Assembly: GCA_030390025.1 (NCBI GenBank)
Contig: CM059432.1
Location: 60,886,001-60,950,000 of the forward strand
Origin: Squalus acanthias
Lineage: Eukaryota
DNA: 64,000 nucleotides
Direction of reading: 5' to 3'
Shown: positions 1 through 11,593 of the stretch, one piece after another
Position numbering within the stretch: the first letter of the stretch is position 1
How the letters are laid out: each line of letters starts with the position of its first letter
Position numbers and translations under genes: made by a program
Notes under the pieces: generated by a model
The model's input: only the letters and a program-made list of their open reading frames with translations
The model's database searches: none
Told to the model about the DNA's origin: nothing

Positions 1-242
1 TTTTCATTCTTGGACACGAGGAGTGTATTTTCTTACTGGACAGGAGAATTTTTTTTCATTATTGGACACGAGGAGTGTTTTTCATTACTGGACAGGAGGA
101 GTGTTTTTCATTCTTGGACACGAGGAGTGTTTTTCATTATTGGACACGAGGAGTGTTTTTCATTATTGGACACGAGGAGTGTTTTTCATTATTGGACACG
201 AGGAGTGTTTTTCATTATTGAACACGAGGATTGTTTTTCATT

Positions 243-380
243 TGATAGCAAAATACTGCGGATGCTGGAAATCCGAAATAACAACAGAAAACGCTGGAAA
301 AACTCAGCAGGCCAGGCAGCATCCGTGGAGAGAGAAACAGAGTTAACGTTTCAGGTCGAAGACCTTTCGTCAGAACTGGT
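243..380 (-). mobile_element. Penelope-like element terminal (pLTR) fragment
   Basis: Matches the terminal sequence of the GIY-YIG elements at 23473-24430 and 54925-56137 (ATAGCAAAATACTGCGGATGCTGGAAAT...). Confidence 0.85.
341..377 (-). ncRNA. Minimal type I hammerhead ribozyme motif (core intact)
   Basis: Minus strand reads AGTT-CTGACGA-A-AGGTC-TTC-GACCT-GAAA-CGT-T-AACT: helix I AGUU/AACU, CUGANGA and GAAA boxes, 5-bp helix II, palindromic ACGU in place of helix III. Confidence 0.75.
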
Positions 381-725
381 TTTTCATTGCTGGACACGTT
401 GAGTGTTTTTCATTCTTGGACACGAGGAGTGTCTTTCATTTGTGGATACAGTGTGTGTATTTCCACAAAGGAAATTTATTATCTCATTTGTTGTTCTTGC
501 TCCAAGGGAGCTCTTTAAACCATCATAAAATACAAACCAATCAAGCAAGCAGTTTTCTCTTATGAAGAGAAATACATCTGTTACAGAGGTACTGTCCATA
601 AAATTCTAATCTACCCTAAATAGCTCTTTCCCAGCACTGGTATCTTAATATTACTAACCAATTGCAAGATAATATAAAATGCTCCAGAATACAGTTTTTA
701 TCTTTCTGCAGGCACCAAACTCCTT

Positions 726-1256
726 CGGCAGGATTTTAACTCCCTCCGGTGGAAACTGCATGGTACGGGATTTAAATCAAAGCCATCCACTTCATCTAGT
801 TTTTCCACCCCACGACTATCTTAAAGCTGGACTGCTCAATAGAAGCTGCTGGACCAAAAGTCGAGGCTGTTTACAGCAAGTAAAAAGCACTGGTTTTTGT
901 AGTGCCAGGAGGGGCACGAGTGCTCCTCTGGACCCCATCAAAATAATTTGGTGCCTCTACCATCCCAGGCTCCCTGACTTCTACACTCGCAAAAAATTCC
1001 CAGCCACTCCCCACCGCCAACCCACCCCCGCCCCCCAGCCCGCCTCCTATGACTTACCTTGCTGTCGGCGAGGTGACCTTCAGGCCGCCAAATATTGCAC
1101 TGCTCAAACCCAATGAGCTACCTCTGGTTGCCAGTTTCGTCTGCTCTATTTAAATGAGTCCTGGCCGTTAAAATGGACCATGGCTCACGCTGCACTTCCT
1201 GGGCAGTCGACCTGTGCATTCTGCCGGCCAGCCACCCTGCAGTTAAAATTCCCGCT
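726..1256. mobile_element. Harbinger-type MITE
   Basis: Imperfect TIRs (GGCAGGATTTTAACT / AGTTAAAATTCCCGC), probable CTT TSD; core shared with 34357-34914 and 59385-59940. Confidence 0.6.
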
Positions 1257-1274
1257 CTTGGATCCATGATCTCA

Positions 1275-1434
1275 GCAAATGTAACCCCACTATTGCAAAT
1301 GTAACCCCACTATTGCAAATGTAACCCCACTATTGCAAATGTAACCCCAGTATTGCAAATGTAACCCCACTATTGCAAATGTAACCCCACTATTGCAAAT
1401 GTAACCCCACTATTGCAAATGTAACCCCACTACT
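1275..1434 (+). repeat. 20-bp tandem repeat x8 (GCAAATGTAACCCCACTATT) derived from CR1 ORF2
   Basis: Eight near-identical units; the last runs directly into CR1 sequence encoding ANVTPLLKKGGREK. Confidence 0.95.
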
Positions 1435-1918
1435 TAAGAAAGGAGGGAGAGAGAAAACGGGGAACTACAGACCAGTTAGCCTGACATCAGTAGTAGGGAA
1501 AATGCTAGAATCTATTATTAAGGACGTTCTAACAGGGCACTTCGAAAATAATAATAGGATTGGGCAGAGTCAACACGGATTTATGAAAGGGAAATTGTGT
1601 TTGACAAATCTGTTCGAGTTTTTTGAGGTTGTAACTAGCAGAATAGATAAGGGGGAACCAGTGGATGTGGTGTATTTGGATTTTTAGAAGGCATTCGATA
1701 AGGTGCTACACAAGAGGATATTAAGCAAAATTGGGGCTCATGGGATTGAGGGTAATATACTAGCATGGATTGAGGATTGGCTAACGGACAGAAAACAGAG
1801 AGTAGGAATAAATGGGTCCTTTTCGGCTGTAACTAGTGGGGTACCGCAAGGATCAGTCCTTGGGCCTCAGCTATTCACAATCTACATCAATGATTTGGAC
1901 GAGGGGACCAAATGTAAT

Positions 1919-2638
1919 GAGGCAGAAATTCCGATCCCTACGGGTGTGTACGCGCTGTGTACTCACCCGTAGGGCCAACGGAAATGCCGATTTTAGGCAT
2001 GCACTGCGCATGTGCTGGAAACCGGCATTTCTGATCTGTCAAGAAAGCTCTTGACAGATCCTCTGGCTGCCCGGGAGCAGGGCCTCTGCGGGTGGAGAGT
2101 TCCGTTTTTTGGAGACCCTCCGCCCGCAGAAAACACTTACAATTCTTGCGCCTGGTAAAAGCGTAAGGCTTGCTTTTACCAGGATAAGAGTTGAAAAAGT
2201 TAAAAAAAATGTTCCACTGATTTATCATTTAAAAATACATAAAGAAAGGTAAGTTTATTTTTAGCCACTTTAAAATTTTTGTTTAAACTACTTAATTTAT
2301 TGTAATTTAAAGTCATTTTAAAAATGTGATTTTTTTTTAAATTTATTTAAAGTTTTACTATGTTTTGGGGGTGATCTCTATTCATATATTTGACAGGTCT
2401 TCCTGTCAAATGTATGAAGGGAGATTCCCTTCTCTGATTGGCTCCCCATGGCCCACGTGATCCCAGGGACGCTGCGATCCACCTGCGCCTCTGGGATACG
2501 TGGGCTCTGCACACCGGCAGTTTGGAGAGGCCCAGCAACGGAACTCTGCGCCTCCCGGGAGCCCTCTGGTCCAGGTGCAGATTTTTCAGAATCGCAGCCC
2601 TCCACCCGCGGGAGGCCTGCGATCGGAATTTCTGGGCC
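1919..2638. mobile_element. Harbinger-type MITE nested in CR1
   Basis: TIR CAGAAATTCCGATC / GATCGGAATTTCTG; CR1 sequence is contiguous across the insertion with a 3-bp AAT/TAT duplication. Confidence 0.85.
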
Positions 2639-2965
2639 TATATATCCAAGTTTGCTGATGATACAAAGCTGGGTGGGAATGTAAGTTGTGAGGAGGATGC
2701 AAGGAGGCTTCAAGTGGATATAGACAAGCTAAGTGAGTGGGCAAGAACATGGCAAATGGAATATAATGTGGAGAAATGTGAAGTTAGCCACTTTGGTCGG
2801 AAAAACAGAAAAGCCGAGTATTTTTTAAATGGTGAGAGATTGGGAAATGTTGGTGTTCAGAGGGACCTGGGTGTCCTTGTACATGAATCACTGAAAGTTA
2901 ACATGCAGGTACAGCAAGCAATTAGGAAAGGAAATGGTATGTTGGCCTTTATTACAAGAGGATTT

Positions 2966-3848
2966 GGGGGAGAAATTCAGTATCGCCCCATTTGGGGCGC
3001 AATTATCGGCCTGGGCGCAAAGATTAGCGCCTGGCGCTAATTATCGCCACCGACTGCAAACTTGACTTTTATCGCCCCTGGAGGTGATTGGAACGCTAAA
3101 TCAGGCGCTTCACACCTGTCTTAAGGTGCAAAGGCCGAGGAGCGAGGCGCTACCTCAGAGCGCTGGCGAAGCTCATGTGATGTCAGTTAGCAATGGAACA
3201 CACACACAATGGCCCCGGCCAGTTCTTAAAGGGGATGGTTGATCTTGCTTTCCATCCACATCCTGCTCATTGCAGCCTTGAATCTCGGCCTGGAGAGACC
3301 TGCACATCAAATCTTCTGGAAAGAACAATGGAGAGCTCAGAGTGCAGCCCCCCACAGTCTCTTCTAAATCGATACAAGTAAGGGCAAATCAAAATGAACC
3401 TGCAAAGTGCTGCTCTGTACCCAAAACTCCTTCACACAGCGTTGAATTTCTCCAGACGTCTCTCTCTCTCTCTCTCTCAGAATGCGTGGTTCAAAAATGT
3501 CACCAACAATAAAAGGCAGGAAGTGGTCGCCTTTAAATAGTGCTCCCCCAGTCCCTTCATGACTGTAAAACGCTCCCCTCAACCTGTCGTTGCTAGCGGC
3601 AGGTGGTAAGGCAGGGGGCGCCACTCAATATCCGCTCCGGGGCGATACCGGGGCGTTGCGCACTCGACTGACGTCACGATCTGCCGGCGCAGGAGATCGT
3701 GGCGGTAGTGTTTAGCACCGCCGCAAAATGTCTAGTTAATTTCGCGAGCGGCGCAAACATCGCCGCGCCTGGGCGCTAGATGCTTTGCGCCCCATTAGCG
3801 CCCTCTTAAGGCGCTAACGGGAGGCGCAACCAACTGAATTTTTCCCCC
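2966..3848. mobile_element. Harbinger-type MITE nested in CR1
   Basis: TIR GGGGGAGAAATTCAG / CTGAATTTTTCCCCC, GC-rich subterminal regions; CR1 resumes afterwards. Confidence 0.85.
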
Positions 3849-4454
3849 AAGATGTCTTACTGCAATTATATAGGGCCCTGGTGAGACCACACCTGGAGGA
3901 TTGTGTACAGTTTTGGTCTCCTTACCTAAGTAAGGATATACTTGCCATGGAGGGAGTGCAACAAAGGTTCACCAGACTGGTTCCTGGGATGGGGGGATTG
4001 TCCTATGAGGAGAGATTGAGTAGACTAGGCCTATATTCTCTAGGGTTTAGATGATTGAGAGGGGATCTCATTGAAACATATAAAATTCTTACAGGGCTTG
4101 ACAGGGTAGATGCAGGGAGGATGTTACCCCTGGCTGGGGAGTCTAGAACCGGGGGTCACAGTCTCAGAATAAGGGGTCGGCCATTTAGGACTGAGATGAG
4201 GATAAATTTCTTCACTCAGAGGGCTGTGGAGGCTCAGTCATTGAGTATATTCAAGACAGAGATCGATAGATTTTTGAATATTAAGGGAATCAAGGGATAT
4301 GGGGATAGTGCAGGAAAGTGGAGATGAGGCAAAAGATCAGCCATGATCTTATTGAATGGCAGAGCAGGGCCGAATGGCCTACTCCTGCTCCTATTTCTTA
4401 TGTTCTTATCCTCTGAAATAGATGTCAGTATTTGAGCATAAACAGATATCCTAG

Positions 4455-5312
4455 AGTCTAGAAATTGGATCACACTGTACCTGTTTTACAGGCATTAAAC
4501 AGGTGCCTAAGGTTTCAATATGGCAGTCAGTGTGCACGCACTCATTCCACACTGTAAGTGCACTGTCTGCCATATTGGTTAGGCTCCTCTGTAGGCATCC
4601 AGGGCGTATGCCTGAAACTGACCCATTGCATATGCAAATCGGGGGCCTATTGCCCGTTTCAGGTCCTTTTGCGAAATTAGATTGCCAATGACCACAACAT
4701 GGGCCATGCACACTGCAGTCAATTTCTGCAGGTGGTTAGCAGCCAAACCAGCAGTCCTTAAAGGGACCATGCAATGCTGTCAAAGGCAAATTTTAAGATT
4801 ATTCCTTACCTTATTGTGGACCCAGGAAGAGCTCCTCTCGGCTCCACATTACATCCACGGGCAGCTTCTGTCCACCACTCCCCTGCACCCCGCACTCACC
4901 TGCCATTCTTGCTGCCTCCTCACAACCTGCGGGCTGCTCCTGGGGCCGTGAATGTCAGCTGCAGCTTATCCCAATGAGGCTATGCCGCCAGCTTCAATTA
5001 GGTGTGTGCACCGGGATGGTGCCCCAATTCGGGCGCAATCCAATTGCTAAGTCGTAGGCCGAGGCGGGTCCGGGGCGGCCGGGGTTGGTGTTGTGGTCCC
5101 AGCTCACTGCCTACTGCAGCCCGCACTCTCCAATCGATTTTTCGTTGATTGGGCTTGTTAAGCCCGCCCTGCATGGTTCCTGGCCAATTAATAGGAAGCG
5201 GGTCTGATGACGTCATTTGATGATGCGTCATCAGCCGGTTTCCTTAAAGGGGCCATGTCCAAATTGATAATGACAGTTCTGCTGTCAGTATTCTACAGCA
5301 TTGAGGTGCTGT
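4455..5312. mobile_element. Harbinger-type element fragments
   Basis: Begins with TIR-like CTAGAAATTGG; 5150-5312 is clearly homologous to 45822-45983 of the Myb/SANT-bearing element. Confidence 0.6.
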
Positions 5313-6195
5313 ATTAAATTTCAGCTGCCATTGTTCTGTTCACATACCTTGGTAGTCTGTTTACAGTAACCACTCAATACTTATATTTGAAGATCTGTGA
5401 GTATATTCCATTTTTTTGGTGTCACTTAAGCAGATTTCTAATTGCAACTTCCCTATGCAACATCTAACTAAGTATGTGAAATGAAAGAAGCCACAAAGTC
5501 CACATTCAAGTAATGTGTGACTTTACATAAATATTAGCCACTGCCTTCAGTTTGCACAGAAAAATTGCAATAATGCCATCTTTACCTTTACACAATGAAA
5601 ATTCTGGCACCAAGTAAAGTTAATACATATTTTAAAAAATGACATGAGAATTAACAAATGAAAATACATTTCATGACATAAACTATTTGAATGCAGTAAT
5701 TAAAACTTCTCGTAGTTTGTTTACAATTAGCAATAATTAAGGCAGCCATAAAATGATTCTGTAAACTATACATTATATGATGAAGGATAAGTAAAAGGTA
5801 AATGAATGGTTCTGAGGATGTTACAATATTAATTACAGCTATGGAAAGACAGGTCAAAGCACACTGTCATGCCTGCTTTGAGATTACAAAGAATGAATAT
5901 TGATATTACAAGTTTCTCCAACAAATCTTTAAGAGACATCAAATGATGGGGTGCGGGGGAGTGGTGGACAGAAGCTGCCCATGGATGTAATTTTGTGTGC
6001 ACTTTGCCAATAAAAACAGAAGCACAAGAGGCAGGGGGATTACGCCTTGCCTCAGTGACTGGAAAAATCACGCTTTTTTAATGGCAGCAAAAAGTACCTT
6101 CTGAAAATAACTGGACTGAAATGTCCAATGTTTGCATAATTTGGCCTGATTTATTTTGCTTGGAATGATCGTACTCCGTTATGTGCATCATATAG

Positions 6196-8067
6196 AATCA
6201 ACGGATCAGACCAACGAATCAGATCAAAGCTCTGCAGTCCTGCCACATCCAGTCGTGAATGGTGGTGGACCATTAAACAACTGACGGGAGGAGGAGGCTC
6301 CATGAACATCACCATCCTCAATGATAGCAGAGCCCAGAAATCAATGCAAAAGACAAGGCTGAAGCGTTTGCAACCATCTTCAGCCAGAAGTACCGAGTGC
6401 ATGAATTATCTCAGCCTCCTCCTGAGGTCCCCACCACCACAGAAGCCAGTCTTCAGCCAATTCGATTCATTCTACGTGATATCAAGAAACGACTGAGCAC
6501 ACTGGATACAGCAAAGGCTGTGGGCCCCGACAACATCCTGGCTGTCGTGCTGAAGACTTGTGCTCCAAAACTAGCCGCACCTCTAGCCAAGCTATTCCAG
6601 TACAGCTACAACACTGGCATCTATCCGACAATGTGGAAAACTACCCAGGTATGTCCTGTCCACAAAAAGCAGGACAAATCCAATCCGGCCAATTATCGTC
6701 CCATCAATCCACTCTCAATCATCAGCAAAGTGATGGAAGGTGTCGTCAACAGTGCTATCAAGCGGCACTTACTCACAAATAACCTGCTCACTGATGCCCA
6801 GTTTGGGTTCCGCCAGGACCACTCGGCTCCAGACCTCATTACAGCCTTGGTCCAAGCATGGACAAAGGGGCTGAATTTCAGAGGTGAGGTGAGAGTGATT
6901 GCCCTTGACATCAAGGGAGCATTTGATCAAGTGTGGCATCAAGGAGCCCCAGTAAAACTGAAGTCAATGGGAATCGGGGGAAAACTCTCCACTGGCTGGA
7001 GTCATAACTAGCACAAAGGAAGATGGTTGTGGTGGTTGGAGGTCAATCATCACAGCCCCAGGACATCGCTGCAGGAGTTCCTCAGGGCAGTGTCCTAGGC
7101 CCAAACATCTTCAGCTGCTTCATCAATGATCTTCCCTCCAGCATAAGGTCAGAAATGGGGATGTTCACTGATGACTGTAGTGTTCAGTGCCATCCGCAAC
7201 TCCTCAGATAATGAAGTAGTCCATGCCCACATGCAGCAAGACCTGGGTGACATTCAGGCTTGGGCTGATAAGTGGCAGGTAACATTCACGCCACACAAGT
7301 GCCAGGCAATGACTATCACCAACAAGCGAGAGTCTAACCACCGCCCCTTGACATTCAATGGCATTACCATCGCCAAATCCCCCATCATCAACGTCCTGGG
7401 GGTTACCGTTGACCAGAAACTTAACTGGACCAATGACATAAATACTGTGGCAACAAGAGCAGGTCAGAGGCTAGGTATTCTGCGGCGAGTGTCTCACCTC
7501 CTGACTCCCCAAAGCCTTTCCACCATCTACAAGGCACAAGTAAGGAGTGTGATGGAATACTCTCCACTTGCCTGGATGAATGCAGCTCCAACAACACTCA
7601 AGAAGCTTGACACCATCCAGGACAAAGCAGCCCGCTTGATTGGCACCCCATCCACCACCTTAAACATTCACTCCCTCCACCACCGGCGCACCGTGGCTGC
7701 AGTGTGTACCATCTACAAGATGCACTGCAGCAACTCGCCAAGGCTTTTTCAGCAGCACCTCCCAAACCCGCGACCTCTACCACCTAGAAGGACAAGCGCA
7801 GCAGGTGCATGGGAACACCACCAGCTCCAAGTTCCCCTCCAAGTCACACACCATCCTGACTTGGAAATATATTGCCTTTCCTTCATCGTCGCTGGGTCAA
7901 AATCCTGGAAATCCCTCCCTAACAGCACCATAGGAGTACCTTCACCACACAGACTGCAGTGGTTCCAGAAGGCGGCTCACCAGCACCTTCTCAAGGGCAA
8001 CTAGGGATGGGCAATAATGCTGGCCTTGCCAGCGATGCTCAGATCCCATGAATGAATTAAAAAAAAA
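6196..8067 (+). mobile_element. 5'-truncated non-LTR retrotransposon, family B (CR1/L2/Jockey-group RT, clade unresolved)
   Basis: ORFs 6397..7011, 7023..7211, 7171..8004 with [32 protein letters not shown]; ends ATGAATGAATTAAAAA. Confidence 0.9.
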
Positions 8068-8459
8068 CTAGGCACATCTGACTAAATCACCAGAGAGTAT
8101 CATTACTTTTTACCAAAAAGTATCTATAGTAAAAAATCTTAGTTTTGTACTTAAAAAAAGTGCCCTGACTTCCATCAGAAGTTTGATATAAATAGAACAT
8201 GCAATAGGAATCTGTTAAATATAATAAATATTTCAGGAATGATGCATTGGCACAATCCCCATTCATTACTTTATTACCATCCTTGGACATTACTATGGGT
8301 AATGGGAAGAAATCCCCAAGAAATAATAAAGAATTTACTTGCTGTAGGAAGACAACAGAAGTAAATCTTCTGTAATGCCTCTCTGTAGACATAAACGCTG
8401 CCCTTGATTTAAAACATCTGGGTTTTTTCACACTACTGAATCTTGAAGCAACACTGTCT

Positions 8460-8900
8460 TAAAATTATTTGAGAATATAGCAAGGCCAGGGTGGTCTGAC
8501 TTTTGTTTCCCAGCCAACTATCATGGAAACACTTGAAATTGTGGATGAAAGAATGGTGCATGTAGGGGTAGAGGATCAAATTTCATTCATGGTATCTGAC
8601 ATGTAGGAACCACTAACAGATGGTGGGCAGTAAACTACAACCAAAAGGATCTTCCTCTCCTTGAGGAGTATTTCTGCATATAGTCTTTCCAGGTACTTTG
8701 CTTCTAAATCTTGCCTATCCATGTTTGGATCACGGGGCAACTCCATCACCATCTGTGTATGGTTCCCCTGAAAGCCAGAGATAGATAACTGCTTCATTAA
8801 CAAACTGGTCCATCACGAATGATTCACGCATAGAAAATCAGGACTGTCAGAAGCTGCAATGCCAGCTAGATATAATGGTTTGCTGTAAAGGCCAGGAATA
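8460..8900 (-). mobile_element. Old LINE fragment (AP endonuclease region)
   Basis: ORF 8576..8803 contains ERLYAEI...LLVVVYCPPS, resembling the APE motif GVVYRPP. Confidence 0.5.
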
Positions 8901-9209
8901 TTTGGAAAATGTAAATTTATGACACGCATTCATAATGAATTATTTTTTAAATTATAGTGGTAAGTTTTAAACGGGTCTAAGATAAATAGGGCTGATAATA
9001 ACATGCGACTGCTCATGTATGAGATTTATTAACTGTCTGCTACTTTGTATTTTATTGTTTCTGTGGTTTTGGGAGGTCTAGGATATACAGCGATTAATGG
9101 CTTGAATTTTTTTATAGCTAACGTGTGAGCCTGGGTATTGATAGAAATGCTCTATAGAGAAGGTGTTTTTTCTGGCCACAAGAAGGCTTCTGCTTTGATT
9201 TGAAACTTG

Positions 9210-9909
9210 GAGCTGGATTTTGCCAGCCCTGGGGAGGCGGGTTTGGAGGCGGGACTGCCGGAAAAATGGCAGAATTTGGGGGCGGGAGCCCAACCCGCCC
9301 TCAACCTGCCTCCATGCTATCTTGCCAGGAGCCTGTTAACAGGCAGATAAGAGGATTATCCCCATTTTGCCCACAAAGTGCGGGCTTCCCGAAGGCTCCG
9401 AAATCCGCCAGGGTCACCGAGGCGAGTAGTGGGTCTGCGGGGGTCGGAAGGGTCCAAAAGTGTGCTGTGGAGGTGAGTGATGGGTGCAAGTGTGGAGAGG
9501 TGAGTATCTGAGGTAAGTGCAAAGTGTTAGTAAAAGTGTACTTACCTTTGTTTCTTCCTGTAGGCTTCAATCGGTGGGTATGCGGAGAGTCTCGCACCTC
9601 CGCGGTAGAGATGACAGATGGCCGTTGCATTCTCTAATGCAGCAACCATCTAATCTCTACAAAAGAAAGAGGTTTGATGAGGTCTTGAATTCAAGACCTC
9701 ATCAAACTACAGAGAATGTCAGTGTTTGACAGCTTGACAGATGAAACGTCATACGTTGACATTCTCTGTAACCGGCTTTCCCTTAATTGGCCTGCTAAAC
9801 CCGCTGGGCGGGTTTAACAAGGTCAATTAAGGGAAAATAGCGTGGGTTGGCCAGAAGTTGATGGAGGCGGGACTGAAACCTAAAGCTCCCCATTGGCAAA
9901 ATCCAGCCC
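9210..9909. mobile_element. Harbinger-type MITE with internal palindrome
   Basis: TIR GAGCTGGATTTTGCC / GGCAAAATCCAGCCC, TTG TSD; second copy at 62242-63006. Confidence 0.88.
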
Positions 9910-9999
9910 TTGGTCACCCCAGGCTTTTTTGTGGACCAATGTTTTGGGGGTTATGTAGTGGAATAGTCTGCATATTTTTTCTATCCATTGTAAAGATTT

Positions 10000-10305
10000 A
10001 ACCACCGCTCCCATTTTCTCAGACAGCAGGTGCTGGTAATGGAGAATAGCTGCACCAGAGCCACTGGGAGTGGAAGAGGTGTGGGCTTATGCTTGGGTTG
10101 GGGATTGCCTATCGATATATGGCTGGTGGGGTGGTTGGCACCCCTGGGGTCTACCTACCTGCTATTCTGCTGGAACCATTTACACCTCCTCTATTCCCAT
10201 GTTTTCTTTCTTTACTTGTCCCATTACCACCCCCTTTTGCCTTGCGCCATCATCCCTTTTGTCATTTAATCACTCCTGCCCTCCACCCTATCACAGACCT
10301 TCCCG
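10000..10305 (+). mobile_element. PLE 3' non-coding fragment
   Basis: Homologous to 24050-24225 and the reverse complement of 60650-60825. Confidence 0.7.
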
Positions 10306-10929
10306 TTGTAAATTGTGTAAACAGGCCTAAAAGCAAGGATATCTTCAAAGGAAAGTAAAATAGTAGAATTTGTAAGAGTCATTCAGCTGTAATGTTCTGG
10401 AATATGTCAGCTTGGTCACTTGTGTTTAGGGGAATGGAAAGAGTTTATGATGACAATCAGCTCACTTGTGTTTCTGGTAATGCATGTTGGTTTAGTTCAT
10501 TCTGTTATTCTGTTGTCATTTGTATGTATCTTTGATGTACTATGATTTATTGGTAGTATGCATGGAATGTAGTGATCAAAGGTAAAAAATGGTATAAAAT
10601 GTGTGAGTGAATCACTGTTCAACAGCTCATACTGGAATGGTGTAGTATGGAAAGACCTGAGATCTCATACTGGTTCTGTGAAGTATGAAAAGACCAGTAG
10701 AGCTCCCATGACTGTGAGCAAGAGTTGTGAACAAAACCCTTTACATAAGAATGAAGGCGTTCTCCACTTGCAACAACACTCCCTGTTCCTTGGAAGAAGT
10801 TAATAAAGCTGTTGGAGTGGCAGAAAGTTGCACAGAGCCAGTCAAACTGCAGAAACATGTCAGGTGCAAGTTGTTGCTGATGATCCCTTTAACTAATGCT
10901 GCTGGAGCCTCCTTCCTGCTTGTCAATGC

Positions 10930-11200
10930 TTGCTCAGCTCGTCGCACTTAAGGCATGTCGGTAAGTGGAGCGGCGAAGTTGAAACTCGCAGATTGGGGGT
11001 CAAGTGAGCACTGCACACTCAATGACGTCACGATCTGCATAATCTACATATCCCCAGCGAGCGCGGACATTGGCAGTGCTGCCGGCCATCCAAAAATGGC
11101 AGCCAACCAGGACCCGCCAGCAGCGGGCAGAAGAACAGCGGCCAGCATTTTTCCGCCCAAATCGGGTAACGGGTGGCACTACACCCCTTAATTTCTAGGC
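10930..11200. mobile_element. Partial Harbinger-type MITE
   Basis: GC-rich block ending AATTTCTAGGC, the same TIR as 13486-13799. Confidence 0.5.
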
Positions 11201-11593
11201 AATTGTGTATGATTCTGGGCACCACACTTTAGGAAGGATATCAAGGCCTTGGAGAGGGTACAGAGGAGGTTTACCAGGAAGATACCAGAGATGAGCAACT
11301 TCAGTTATGTGGAGAAATTGGAGAAGCTGGGATTGTTCTCCTTACAGCAGAGATGGTTAAGGGAGAGCTCATAGAGGTATTTAAAATTATGAGCAGTTTT
11401 AGAGTAAGTAGGGAGAAACTTTACTCTGGCAAGTGGTCAAAAAGTAATTGGACATGTACTTGAAGAGGTCTGATTTGCAGCATTATGAAGAAAAAGCTGG
11501 GGGGTAAGACTAAATTGGACAGCTCTTTCAATGAGCCAAAACAGGCACGACAGGTCGAATGGCATCCTTCTGTGCCATAAGATTCTACGATTC
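11201..11593 (+). mobile_element. CR1 3' fragment
   Basis: Homologous to 26840-27385 (WAPHFRKD region) with a degenerate TTCTATGA tail. Confidence 0.85.

Larger units (their letters stand above)
1..445. repeat. 27-bp minisatellite (TTTTTCATTATTGGACACGAGGAGTGT)n interrupted by a PLE terminus
   Basis: About 9 units at 1-242 and 2 more degenerate units at 380-445; explains the repetitive ORFs 10..402 and 23..346. Confidence 0.95.
1415..4409 (+). mobile_element. 5'-truncated CR1 LINE (RT region to 3' tail) interrupted by two MITEs
   Basis: RT motifs [22 protein letters not shown] in ORFs 1502..1687, 1703..1972, 2438..3040, 4055..4327; TTCTTATG tail. Confidence 0.92.

Noticed and set aside
1..445. 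CRISPR-like array
   Set aside because: Units are contiguous with no unique spacers, in a vertebrate context with no cas genes; it is a minisatellite.
2438..3040. 200-aa ORF joining novel sequence to an RT domain
   Set aside because: Chance read-through from a MITE into CR1 and into another MITE.
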